From: an uncultured Anaerolinea sp.
GTDB lineage: Bacteria > Chloroflexota > Anaerolineae > Anaerolineales > UBA4823
DNA length: 64,000 nt
Direction: 5' to 3'
Assembly (NCBI GenBank): GCA_964531975.1
Contig: CAZHFU010000012.1
Location: forward strand, 12,705-76,704
The position numbers and the translations under genes were made by a program. The first letter of the stretch is position 1. Every line of letters starts with the position of its first letter. Under the pieces are notes generated by a model. The model saw only the letters and a list, made by a program, of their open reading frames with translations, searched no databases and was not told where the DNA came from. Positions 10,782 to 19,681 of the stretch are shown piece by piece.

Positions 10782-11321
10782 ATGCAGTTGAGCAACCATT
10801 TCATTATTTCAGCTTCGCAGCGCGATGTGTGGGATTTTTTCATCGACATTCCACGTATGTCGGTGTGTCTCCCTGGCCTGCGTGAAACCGTACAGGTGGA
10901 TGCGCAAAGCTACACCATGGCGGTCGAAACCCACGTAGGGGCGGTGCAGTCCACCTTCCATGGCACAGTCACCAAAACCACCGAAGAGGCCCCCCATCAC
11001 CTGACCACCACCATCCATTTATGGGACGCTAAGACCGCCAGCATTATCACCGGCCAAATCGAAACGTGCTTTTCAATCGAAGCGCCGTCCAGCACACGGG
11101 TCGATTATGCCATTGACATGGTTTTACGTGGTCGCCTGACCCAGGTGGATGAGGGCCTGGTGGAGGGAGCGTTACTGCTGTTTCTAGAAACCTTCCTGCA
11201 GTGTGCGCGCATGCGCATCGAGCGCCCACCCGCCGCTGCCCCCGCGGCGGCGCGGTCGCGGTGGCAGCGATTGGTTCAGGTTGTTCAGAACCTGGTAGAG
11301 AAACTCAAACAAACCCGATGA
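10782..11321 (+). CDS. SRPBCC/CoxG-like protein
   Basis: VWDFFIDIPRMSVCLPG resembles CoxG N-terminus; ~180 aa. Confidence 0.7.
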   Translation: MQLSNHFIISASQRDVWDFFIDIPRMSVCLPGLRETVQVDAQSYTMAVETHVGAVQSTFHGTVTKTTEEAPHHLTTTIHLWDAKTASIITGQIETCFSIEAPSSTRVDYAIDMVLRGRLTQVDEGLVEGALLLFLETFLQCARMRIERPPAAAPAAARSRWQRLVQVVQNLVEKLKQTR

Positions 11322-12058
11322 GCAGCCCGTCGTTGTGGGTCATCCTGGCCTTTGGCGCAGCCTGCTTCATCACCGGCCTATCCAAGGGCGGCATGGGCGG
11401 CGCATTGGGGTTTATCATCACCCCCATGTTGGCGCTTGTGATGCCGCTCAATCGCGCCGTAGGCCTGATGCTGCCCATCCTCATCTTAGCCGACAGCTTC
11501 ACCATCGTGGCCTATTGGCGGCGCTGGGAGGCCGGGCGAATTCGTGTGCTGCTGGTGGGGGCGGTGGTGGGGGTGAGCCTCGCCACCCTGGTGTGGACGA
11601 GCTTTCCCCTGCCAATCCTAAAAAAGGGGCTGGGCGGGTTGGTGTTAATCTTCACCGCCTACAAACTGATCGAGAAGCGCCTGCTAACCAAGATGACCTA
11701 CCAGATGCGCCCCTGGCACGGCGTGCTGGCGGGCGGCGTTGCCGGTTTTACCAGCACCCTGGCCCACGCCGGCGGTCCGCCGATTACTATCTATTTGCTG
11801 CTGCAAAAGTTAGACCCTCTGGTGTACATTGCCACCAACGGCCTGTTTTTCTGCTTACTCAACTGGATCAAGGTTCCGTACTTCGCCGCCGCCGGCATGT
11901 TCGATTGGGAATGGCAGCTGCGTCTCGCTCCCCTGGCGCTGCTGACGCCCGCCGGGGTGTTTAGCGGAAAATGGATGGCAAAACGCATTAACCGCCGGCG
12001 CTTTGAACAGGTTGTGCTGGGCCTGTTGATGGGTTCGGGCATCCTATTGTTAAGATGA
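11318..12058 (+). CDS. TauE/SafE sulfite-exporter family membrane protein
   Basis: ATGA overlap with upstream stop at 11318; GLSKGGMGG, GVAGFTSTLAHAGGPP, LNWIKVPY. Confidence 0.88.
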   Translation: MSSPSLWVILAFGAACFITGLSKGGMGGALGFIITPMLALVMPLNRAVGLMLPILILADSFTIVAYWRRWEAGRIRVLLVGAVVGVSLATLVWTSFPLPILKKGLGGLVLIFTAYKLIEKRLLTKMTYQMRPWHGVLAGGVAGFTSTLAHAGGPPITIYLLLQKLDPLVYIATNGLFFCLLNWIKVPYFAAAGMFDWEWQLRLAPLALLTPAGVFSGKWMAKRINRRRFEQVVLGLLMGSGILLLR

Positions 12059-12120
12059 AAGTTACCTCCTAAAATGGCGTATAATCTAAGGGTGTTCGTT
12101 AAGCAATTGGGAGCCTGCCC

Positions 12121-12438
12121 ATGAATGATGAATCGTATGGCCTGATGTTTATCCTGCCTTCAGGAGAAAAACAGACATTCAACGCCCTGCCGGTAAGCAT
12201 CGGGCGCGCCGCCGAAAATGATATCGTGATTGATCACGAAGCCGTTTCGGCTATGCACGCCCAGGTATATTACGACGATCTCTTGGGCGATGTCTGTATC
12301 CAAGACCTCGATTCGCTCAACGGCGTTGCCATAAATGATTTGCCCACCCGCAAAAATGTGCTGCACGATGGCGTCAAAATATCATTAGGTGGAGTGCAGC
12401 TTACCTTTCGAGACACCGGCTATATCCATGCCGGATAA
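12121..12438 (+). CDS. Stand-alone FHA domain protein
   Basis: SIGR...VSAMHAQV...DLDSLNGVAIN FHA motifs; GGGAG SD and TATAAT (~12080) upstream. Confidence 0.88.
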   Translation: MNDESYGLMFILPSGEKQTFNALPVSIGRAAENDIVIDHEAVSAMHAQVYYDDLLGDVCIQDLDSLNGVAINDLPTRKNVLHDGVKISLGGVQLTFRDTGYIHAG

Positions 12439-12440
12439 CC

Positions 12441-14258
12441 ATGATTACATGCCCGAACTGCCATGCTGAAAACCGTTCTGGGGCCAAGTTTTGTAAAAGC
12501 TGCGCCACGCGCCTGCCCGAATCGTCTGCGGAAACCTATCGCCTGCCCGACGCCGACCGCCAACCGGCCGCCAACAGCCTGCACCCTGTCAGCCGCCAGC
12601 CCGCCCCACCGTCTATACCTGTGAAACCAGCCAAACGCCCTATGACTAAATCTTCCCGTTCCGGAACTCGCCCTATCTCTGCTCCCAAGGCTTTCCTACG
12701 CCGCCCACCGGGAGCCATCTTCGGCGACATTTTCTTATACGAAAATGTCTTGTTTAGCGATGCCCAGCAGCATCGTTACAGCGTACGCCAGTTAGATGTC
12801 TCCGAAGATTTGCAAATTCGGGCCTGCCCCAACCCAGAATGCGGGGCGCTCTTTCCACCGCGCAGCGTGGCCCCTGAAAAGTACTGCACCGACTGCGGTA
12901 CTGTCTTAGAAAAAGGGGGGAAAGACCTGGTTTTGATCGAAGCCCACGCCCCCATTCCCGATACCCTGGCGCGCACCGCTGGAAAGGGTCTTTCACATGG
13001 CAGCGTACGCGCCCCGCTCTCTGCTTTTGTGGAACGCCTGGCCGACCAACCCCGTCACTGTGTGGTGGTTTCCCGCGTCATGGCCCTGGAGACCACCCCC
13101 GAACCATTAACCGCCGTGCGCTGGGGGATTCTGCTAGGGCGCGGGCTTGATTATTTACACGATAACGGGGTGTCCTTTGGCGGCAAAGTGGACGCCTCGT
13201 GCGTGGGCCTGGTGAACGGCAAAACAGTGTGGGCAAACTTCACCACCTGTAAACACCTGCCCGAAGGCTATGTGACCGACCGTTCCGCCGATACCCACAG
13301 CCTGGCGCAGATGATCTTCACCTGGCTTACGGGCAAGCCTAAAATCGCCCCAGACCCCAGCCTGACCCCCGCCTTGCAGCAGGTGTTTCTTGACCAGGCC
13401 GCCGACGGTCAGCTCAGTAACGGCTTGAAGTTAGCCGAGGCCCTGGAAAAAGCCGTCAGCGAAATGGCTGCTCCCACTGCCATTGATTTTCAGGTTGGAC
13501 GGTGCAGTAACGTGGGCAAAGTGCGCAGCCTGAATGAAGATAGCATTTTGGTGCTGGAAGTTAACCGCGTGGTCAAATCGGTCAGCCGCCCGCTGGGCGT
13601 CTTCGTTGTGGCCGATGGCATGGGCGGGCACACCGCCGGCGAGATCGCCAGCAGCGCCATCGTTTCCAGCATCGCTCAGAGTGCGCTCAAGGAATGGCTG
13701 CTGGAGGGCGTCACCCGCATCGCGCCGCTCAACGGACAGACCTGGCTAACCCACGCCGTACAGGCGGCAAACGCCGAAGTCTACAACCTGCGCAAGACCT
13801 CCGGCTCCGACATGGGTTCGACCCTGGTGGCAGCGGTGATGGACGCCGGCAAGTTGACCGTCTCACACATTGGCGACAGCCGCGCCTACCGCATCAACGC
13901 CGAGTCCATCACCCGTTTAACCATCGACCACTCGCTGGTGGAACGACTGGTTAGCACCGGCCAGATCACCCGTCAGGAAGCGCGTTACCACCCCCAGCGC
14001 AATGTCATCTACCGCACCGTGGGCGATAAGCAGCAGGTGGAGATCGAAACCACCACCCACACCTTCCTCCCTGGCGACAGCCTGCTGCTGTGTTCGGACG
14101 GCCTGACTGGGCCGTTAGACGACGACACCATCGCCCGCCTGGTGCGCCAGGCCACATCGCCGCAAGATGCTTGCAATCACCTCATCGAGGCGGCCAATGC
14201 CGGCGGCGGAGAAGATAACATCTCCGTCATAATTGTTCAGCTTTTTGGGTCTTGCTAA
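12441..14258 (+). CDS. Zinc-ribbon + degenerate kinase-like domain + PP2C/Stp1 Ser/Thr phosphatase
   Basis: CPNC..FCKSC and CPNPEC..YCTDC ribbons; PP2C motifs RSLNED, VADGMGG, MGSTLV, HIGDSRAY, LCSDGL, GGEDNISV. Confidence 0.9.
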   Translation: MITCPNCHAENRSGAKFCKSCATRLPESSAETYRLPDADRQPAANSLHPVSRQPAPPSIPVKPAKRPMTKSSRSGTRPISAPKAFLRRPPGAIFGDIFLYENVLFSDAQQHRYSVRQLDVSEDLQIRACPNPECGALFPPRSVAPEKYCTDCGTVLEKGGKDLVLIEAHAPIPDTLARTAGKGLSHGSVRAPLSAFVERLADQPRHCVVVSRVMALETTPEPLTAVRWGILLGRGLDYLHDNGVSFGGKVDASCVGLVNGKTVWANFTTCKHLPEGYVTDRSADTHSLAQMIFTWLTGKPKIAPDPSLTPALQQVFLDQAADGQLSNGLKLAEALEKAVSEMAAPTAIDFQVGRCSNVGKVRSLNEDSILVLEVNRVVKSVSRPLGVFVVADGMGGHTAGEIASSAIVSSIAQSALKEWLLEGVTRIAPLNGQTWLTHAVQAANAEVYNLRKTSGSDMGSTLVAAVMDAGKLTVSHIGDSRAYRINAESITRLTIDHSLVERLVSTGQITRQEARYHPQRNVIYRTVGDKQQVEIETTTHTFLPGDSLLLCSDGLTGPLDDDTIARLVRQATSPQDACNHLIEAANAGGGEDNISVIIVQLFGSC

Positions 14259-14276
14259 GGCCAGGTGGGCTTATTT

Positions 14277-15536
14277 ATGTTATCCCTGGTCATCACCCCC
14301 CACCGCCCCGTCTCCCCGGCGCTGCCAACCGAGCAGCAGGCGTATTTACTGATCGAAGCGCTGCCCCTTGAGAACGACTTGCCAACCGTGCGCCAACCGG
14401 TGAACCTGTGCCTGGCGCTGGATCGCAGCGGTTCGATGGACGGCGAGAAATTAGAGGCCGTGCGCCAGGCCGCCCTGCACATTGTGGAACGCCTCGGCCC
14501 GCAAGACAACCTGGCAGTGGTGGTTTTTGACGACGCCGAACCGGCGGAATGGGCGGTCGCGCCCACTGCGGTGATCGATAAAGAAGACCTGCGGCGGCGA
14601 ATTCGAGATATCCAGGCGCGCGGCGGAACACACATGTCCACCGGCATGCGCCTGGCATTGCAGGCGCTGCAGCAAAGCGGCGCACCCAACCAGGTAAAAC
14701 AGTTATTCCTGCTCACCGATGGTCAAACCTGGGAAGACAGCGAAGACTGCCTGGCCCTGGCCTCGATCTGCCAGCAGGCGGGCATTTCATTGCAGGTATT
14801 TGGCCTGGGCTTGGGCAGCGAAAATAATTGGGATCCCCAATTTCTGGAAGAACTGGCGCGGCGCTCGGGCGGGGAGTGGAACCTGATCGAAACCCCTGCA
14901 CAGCTGGATGAAATCTTCGGGCATGCTTTGAACACCCTACAAGAAACCGCCGCCGTGAACGCGCGCCTGGTGCTGCGTTTGGTAAACGGCGTTTCACCGC
15001 GCAACGTATGGCGCGTCACCCCGCTCATCAGTCGGCTGGATGCACAGGCGATTTCGCAGCACGACGTACAAATCTACCTGGGCGATATTCACTATGGCAA
15101 CGGCCAGGCCGTCTTGGCCGAGTTAATCTTACCGCCGCGCCCGGCCGGCAGCTACCGCCTGGCCCATGCCGAATTAATTTATGACAACCCTCAAAGCCAG
15201 CAGAGCGAGCTGCGCGCTGCCGCCGATTGTATCTTCCGGTTTTCAGATGCGCCCCACGAATCGGCGGTTCTGAATGAAGCCATGATGAACCTGATCGAAC
15301 GCGTGACCGCCCATCGACTGCAAACCCAGGCGCTAGACGCCGCCGCTGCCGGCGATATGGCCCACGCCACGCGCAAGCTGCGCGCTGCCGCCACGCGTCT
15401 GTTAGAATTAGGGCAGACCGAAATGGCCCAGGAAGCAGAATGGCAAGCGCAGCGCCTGGAGCAAGACGGTCGCCTGGACCTGGCCGATGCTCAAAAAATG
15501 CGCTATGCCACCAAACGCCTGACTGAGTTGGATTAA
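14277..15536 (+). CDS. von Willebrand factor A domain protein
   Basis: MIDAS DRSGSM, GGT, LLTDG; helical C-terminus; start ATG 14277 (GTG 14265 alternative). Confidence 0.9.
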   Translation: MLSLVITPHRPVSPALPTEQQAYLLIEALPLENDLPTVRQPVNLCLALDRSGSMDGEKLEAVRQAALHIVERLGPQDNLAVVVFDDAEPAEWAVAPTAVIDKEDLRRRIRDIQARGGTHMSTGMRLALQALQQSGAPNQVKQLFLLTDGQTWEDSEDCLALASICQQAGISLQVFGLGLGSENNWDPQFLEELARRSGGEWNLIETPAQLDEIFGHALNTLQETAAVNARLVLRLVNGVSPRNVWRVTPLISRLDAQAISQHDVQIYLGDIHYGNGQAVLAELILPPRPAGSYRLAHAELIYDNPQSQQSELRAAADCIFRFSDAPHESAVLNEAMMNLIERVTAHRLQTQALDAAAAGDMAHATRKLRAAATRLLELGQTEMAQEAEWQAQRLEQDGRLDLADAQKMRYATKRLTELD

Positions 15537-15590
15537 AATATTGGTAGAGAATGGCGGCTGCTAAACATCGCCGCCGTCAGGAGGAGAGCA

Positions 15591-16235
15591 ATGCCCGGAA
15601 TGTTATGCCCAAGTTGCAACACCCCCGCCCCGGCTGGGGCGATCTTCTGCGATTTCTGCGGGTTCGACCTGCGCACCGTCAACAGCGAGGCGCTCGCCAC
15701 TCAGCTTGCCTACATGCCCGCGTCCGCCTCTAATAGCCCGGTTTGCCCCATGTGTGGGCATCCGAACGTGCCAGGGGCGGCGTTTTGTGAGAATTGCGGC
15801 GCGCAGTTGTCGTCATCCGTGATTACACCGGGGGGCGAGTCGCCATCAGCCGCGCCTTCGCTGCCTGCTGCGCCATCGCTTGCGGCTGCGCCTACCCCGG
15901 CCGGTGGTTTCGTCACCGGTCGCCTGGTGGTCAACGCCGGCCAGGCGGCATTAGAAATTCCCCCCGGAAAGACTACCGTGGTATTGGGGCGTGAAGACCC
16001 GGTGAGCGGCGTATTTCCAGATATTGATTTAGACCCCCATGGTGGGCACGAGAACGGCGTGGGCCGCCGTCACGCCCAATTGGTATGGGTGAATGGACAG
16101 GTGTGCTTGGAAGACCTGGACAGTGTGAATGGCACTACGCTCAACCACATCCGTTTAGCGCCTCATCAGCCGCAGCCGCTCAGCCCAGGGGATGAGATCT
16201 TGCTGGGTAAGCTAGCCTTAACCTACCAGGCCTGA
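15591..16235 (+). CDS. Double zinc-ribbon + FHA domain protein
   Basis: CPSC..FCDFC and CPMC..FCENC; VLGR...VGRRHAQL...DLDSVNGT; AGGAGG SD. Confidence 0.9.
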   Translation: MPGMLCPSCNTPAPAGAIFCDFCGFDLRTVNSEALATQLAYMPASASNSPVCPMCGHPNVPGAAFCENCGAQLSSSVITPGGESPSAAPSLPAAPSLAAAPTPAGGFVTGRLVVNAGQAALEIPPGKTTVVLGREDPVSGVFPDIDLDPHGGHENGVGRRHAQLVWVNGQVCLEDLDSVNGTTLNHIRLAPHQPQPLSPGDEILLGKLALTYQA

Positions 16236-16245
16236 GACTGTCGCA

Positions 16246-17520
16246 ATGCCTTTCTGCCCTGATTGCCACGCCGAGGTCACCGATACGGCCCGCTTTTGCG
16301 ATAACTGTGGCTACCCGTTAAGCGCGCCGCCGTCTCGCGTCCCTGCGCCAGTGCAAACACCCGCCGCGGCGGCGCGCCCGAGCTTGCCGGCGGCAGCCCC
16401 GCCGGCGGCCGCTCATCCGCCGAGCGCATTTGCCTGCCCCGCCTGCGGAATAGAAAATGTGGCCGGGGAAATATTCTGCCAAAATTGCGGCGAAACCCTG
16501 CCGCCGCTGAGCAGCCGCCTGCCGTCTGCTGCGCCGCTCAACCCGCCGCCGGCCCACAGCACTGCCGCGCCGGCAACGCTGCCCTGGCCGTCTGCACCCG
16601 AGGCGACCATCTCAACGCCACCCGCCGCCCCGCTCGGCCCCACGCCAACGCCGCCTGCGCCGCCCATCCCGCCTGCTTCAGTCCCGCCCAGCCCCCGCAA
16701 CCTCCCGGCGGCCAACCTGGCCTCCGCGCCACCTGCCGCCCCGCTCGACCCCACGCCAACGCCGCCTGCGCCGCCCATGCCGCCTGCTTCAGTCCCGCCC
16801 AGCCCCTCCAACCTCCCGGCGGCCAACCTGGCCCCCGCGCCTCCCGGCGCTCCGCTCGGCCCCACGCCAACGCCGCCTGCGCCGCCCATCCCGCCTGCTT
16901 CAGTCCCGCCCAGCCCCCGCAACCTCCCGGCGGCCAACCTGGCCTCCGCGCCACCTGCCGCCCCGCTCGACCCCACGCCAACGCCGCCTGCGCCGCCCAT
17001 GCCGCCTGCTTCAGTCCCGCCCAGCCCCTCCAACCTCCCGGCGGCCGACCTGGCCTCCGCGCCTCCCGGCGCTCCGCTCGGCCCCACGCCAACGCCGCCC
17101 AACGACGCCCCGCCCTACCAAACGGCCGCCTTAAACCCACTGCCGCCAGACGAAGCGGATATTCGCCCTGCGCTTATCGCGCCGCCGCCTTCTCCCGGAC
17201 GCCTGGTGCTGCGCGCCACCGGGCAAGCCATTCCCCTACCGGCTGGTTCCAGCGAAGTGCTGATTGGCCGCTCCGACCCGATAAAGGGGGTCTATCCCCA
17301 CATTGATCTATCTCCCTTTGGCGGCGACAACAGCGGTGTATCGCGCCGGCATGCCCGCCTGCTCTTTGTGGCCGGCAGCGTCACCGTCGAAGATCTGCAC
17401 AGCACCAACTTCACCTTTATTAACCGCCAAAAATTGGAGCCTGGGCGACCATATCCCCTCCACCCTGGCGATGAACTACGCCTGGGCCTGATGGCGCTGA
17501 TTTACCAGGCCGGCGGTTGA
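16246..17520 (+). CDS. Double zinc-ribbon + Pro/Thr repeat linker + FHA domain protein
   Basis: CPDC..FCDNC, CPAC..FCQNC; IGRSD...VSRRHARL...DLHSTNFT. Confidence 0.9.
   Translation: MPFCPDCHAEVTDTARFCDNCGYPLSAPPSRVPAPVQTPAAAARPSLPAAAPPAAAHPPSAFACPACGIENVAGEIFCQNCGETLPPLSSRLPSAAPLNPPPAHSTAAPATLPWPSAPEATISTPPAAPLGPTPTPPAPPIPPASVPPSPRNLPAANLASAPPAAPLDPTPTPPAPPMPPASVPPSPSNLPAANLAPAPPGAPLGPTPTPPAPPIPPASVPPSPRNLPAANLASAPPAAPLDPTPTPPAPPMPPASVPPSPSNLPAADLASAPPGAPLGPTPTPPNDAPPYQTAALNPLPPDEADIRPALIAPPPSPGRLVLRATGQAIPLPAGSSEVLIGRSDPIKGVYPHIDLSPFGGDNSGVSRRHARLLFVAGSVTVEDLHSTNFTFINRQKLEPGRPYPLHPGDELRLGLMALIYQAGG
16614..17100 (+). repeat. In-frame 111-bp (37-aa) tandem repeat, about 4.3 copies, alternating A/B variants
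   Basis: CCGCTCG anchor recurs at 16630, 16741, 16852, 16963, 17074 (period 111). Confidence 0.95.
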
Positions 17521-17536
17521 AGGCGGGCAGCGCTTA

Positions 17537-19681
17537 GTGATCGGCCCCGGAGATATCCTCAATAACCGCTATCGGGTTGTTCGCACCTTTGGACAGGGTG
17601 GGTTCAGCACGGTATATCGCGCCTGGGATATGGTGCTGGGCTGTCCGTGCGCCCTCAAGGAAAATCCCGACGCCAACCCGCATGTGCAGCGTCAATTCCT
17701 GCGCGAAGCCAAGATATTAGCTAATTTACATCAGAATAACCTGCCGCGGGTGAGCGATTTTTTTATTGAGAACGGCCGCCAATACCTGGTGATGGAATTT
17801 GTGGAGGGGCAAGACTTGCAAGACATGCTGGAGGATCGCGGCGGGCCTCTTCCAGAAGACCAGGTTCTACCGTGGATATTGCAGGTGTGCGACGCCCTCA
17901 CCTATTTGCATACTCGCAAACCGCCGATTATCCATCGCGATGTCAAACCAGCTAATATCAAGATCACCCCCGACGGCATCGCGATGCTGGTCGATTTTGG
18001 CATCGCCAAACAAGAACCGGCCCACAAGAAGACCACCGTGGCAGCCCAGGCGGTGACGCCCGGCTTTTCTCCTCTGGAGCAGTACGGCAAGGGCAGCACC
18101 GACGCGCGCACCGATGTGTACGCCTTGGGAGCCACGTTGTACACTATGCTGACCGGCGTCGAACCGCCCGAAAGTGTGCAGCGCGTTGTCCACGATCCAC
18201 TCACCCCGGCGCGCACACACAACCCTGGCATCTCGCTGCGCAGCGCGGCGGCATTGAGCCGCGCCTTGCAGATGGATCCGCAGCAGCGTTTTCAAAGCGC
18301 CGCCGATTTCAAGGCCGCCCTGGCCCCCACAACCAGTATGCATCCCTCGGCGCAGCGGCTGCGCCCTCCCTCGGCGAGCGGCGTGGCCGGGGCGGCGGGC
18401 GGGGGTTCGCTGCCGGTCGGCGGTGCGCCGGCAGGCGGGTTTGCGGGAGGCCAATCTGCGGCTGCCCCAATTTGGGGTAAGCTGGCCGGGTTTGGGCTGG
18501 CGGCGCTGGTTTTATTACTGGTGGGGCTGCTGCTGCGCCCCACCGCCCGTCCTCCCCGCCCCTTTCCTGTCGAGCAAGCTGCCGCGCCATCAACCGCCGC
18601 GGCCAGCATGACCGCGCCGGGTGCGCCCACCTCGTTGGCCGCGAACGAGGCAGCGCCCTCCGCGGCGCTCGCCCAAACCATGGCATCGCCAGACCCGCAA
18701 ACCATCGCCGCCAACGCCACGCTTACCCCAGCCCCTTCCGCCGCTCCCTCCGCCACCCCCGCCCTCATGCGCTACACGGTGCAGGCGGGCGATACCTGTT
18801 CGGAGATCGCCGAACGCTTTGGGGTCAGCCTGCGCGAGCTGTCAAAACTAAACGATTTACCCGCCGACTGCGGCGTGATTTACCCCGGCCAGGCGCTGCT
18901 CGCCCCTATCCCAGATGTATACGCCATCGCCACGCTTACGCCTACCCCCAATCAAGCCATCGCCACGGCCATAGCCGCGGTGGACGGAGCGGCGCTGGTA
19001 TATGTGCCCTCCGGCCAGTTCTTGATGGGGTCGCTGGTGGATGATGTGCGCGGCGGCGATGAAGAGAAACCCCAACACAGCGTATACTTGAAAGCCTATT
19101 GGATCGACCGCACCGAGGTGACCAATGCCATGTACGCCCGCTGTGTGCAGGTGGGGAAATGCCGACCGCCGGCGCAAAGCAGCTCGCAAACCCGCCCCGC
19201 CTATTATGACGAGGCGGAGTTCGGCGCTTTTCCGGTGGTGTACGTGGCCTGGCAAGACGCGCAAGCCTACTGCGCTTGGGCCGGGCGGCGCTTGCCCAGC
19301 GAAGCCGAATGGGAGAAAGCCGCCCGTGGCCCCGACGGCGGGCTGTATCCCTGGGGCGACGCCTCCCCCACCCTCAAGTTGGCGAACTTTGGCGGATTGT
19401 TGGGCGACACCACCGCGGTGGGCAGCGCCCCCGCCGGGGCCGCCCCCTATGGCGCTTTGGACATGGCCGGCAACGTGGCCGAATGGACCGCCGATTGGTT
19501 CAACAAGGCCGCCTATACCCTGTCGGAATTCTCGAACCCCTCCGGCCCGGCCACGGGCGAATTCCGTGTGCTGCGGGGCGGTTCGTGGTTCAACCAGGCC
19601 AACACTCTGAGGGCGGCTTTCCGCTTGTGGAATTATCCCGATTTGCGCAGCAACACCATTGGATTTCGCTGTGCCAGGTAA
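17537..19681 (+). CDS. Hanks-type Ser/Thr kinase - TM - LysM - FGE-sulfatase (SUMF1-like) domain
   Basis: GQGGFS, ALKE, HRDVKPANI, DFG; TM WGKLAGFGLAALVLLLVGLLL; LysM YTVQAGDT..IAERFGVS; RLPSEAEWEKAARG, DMAGNVAEW, RGGSW, GFRC. Confidence 0.93.
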   Translation: MIGPGDILNNRYRVVRTFGQGGFSTVYRAWDMVLGCPCALKENPDANPHVQRQFLREAKILANLHQNNLPRVSDFFIENGRQYLVMEFVEGQDLQDMLEDRGGPLPEDQVLPWILQVCDALTYLHTRKPPIIHRDVKPANIKITPDGIAMLVDFGIAKQEPAHKKTTVAAQAVTPGFSPLEQYGKGSTDARTDVYALGATLYTMLTGVEPPESVQRVVHDPLTPARTHNPGISLRSAAALSRALQMDPQQRFQSAADFKAALAPTTSMHPSAQRLRPPSASGVAGAAGGGSLPVGGAPAGGFAGGQSAAAPIWGKLAGFGLAALVLLLVGLLLRPTARPPRPFPVEQAAAPSTAAASMTAPGAPTSLAANEAAPSAALAQTMASPDPQTIAANATLTPAPSAAPSATPALMRYTVQAGDTCSEIAERFGVSLRELSKLNDLPADCGVIYPGQALLAPIPDVYAIATLTPTPNQAIATAIAAVDGAALVYVPSGQFLMGSLVDDVRGGDEEKPQHSVYLKAYWIDRTEVTNAMYARCVQVGKCRPPAQSSSQTRPAYYDEAEFGAFPVVYVAWQDAQAYCAWAGRRLPSEAEWEKAARGPDGGLYPWGDASPTLKLANFGGLLGDTTAVGSAPAGAAPYGALDMAGNVAEWTADWFNKAAYTLSEFSNPSGPATGEFRVLRGGSWFNQANTLRAAFRLWNYPDLRSNTIGFRCAR

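Noticed and set aside
16614-17100. CRISPR array
   Set aside because: Repeats are contiguous, in-frame and lack unique spacers; no cas genes
16413-17306. Long alternative-frame and antisense ORFs over the repeat array, and similar shadow ORFs (e.g. 7582-8121, 18857-19771, 29553-30482, 59113-59943, 61723-62475)
   Set aside because: Expected by-products of GC-rich codon bias opposite real genes; no motifs or SD
19560-19681. Diversity-generating retroelement target (FGE/C-lectin C-terminus)
   Set aside because: No second copy (template repeat) and no reverse transcriptase in the window
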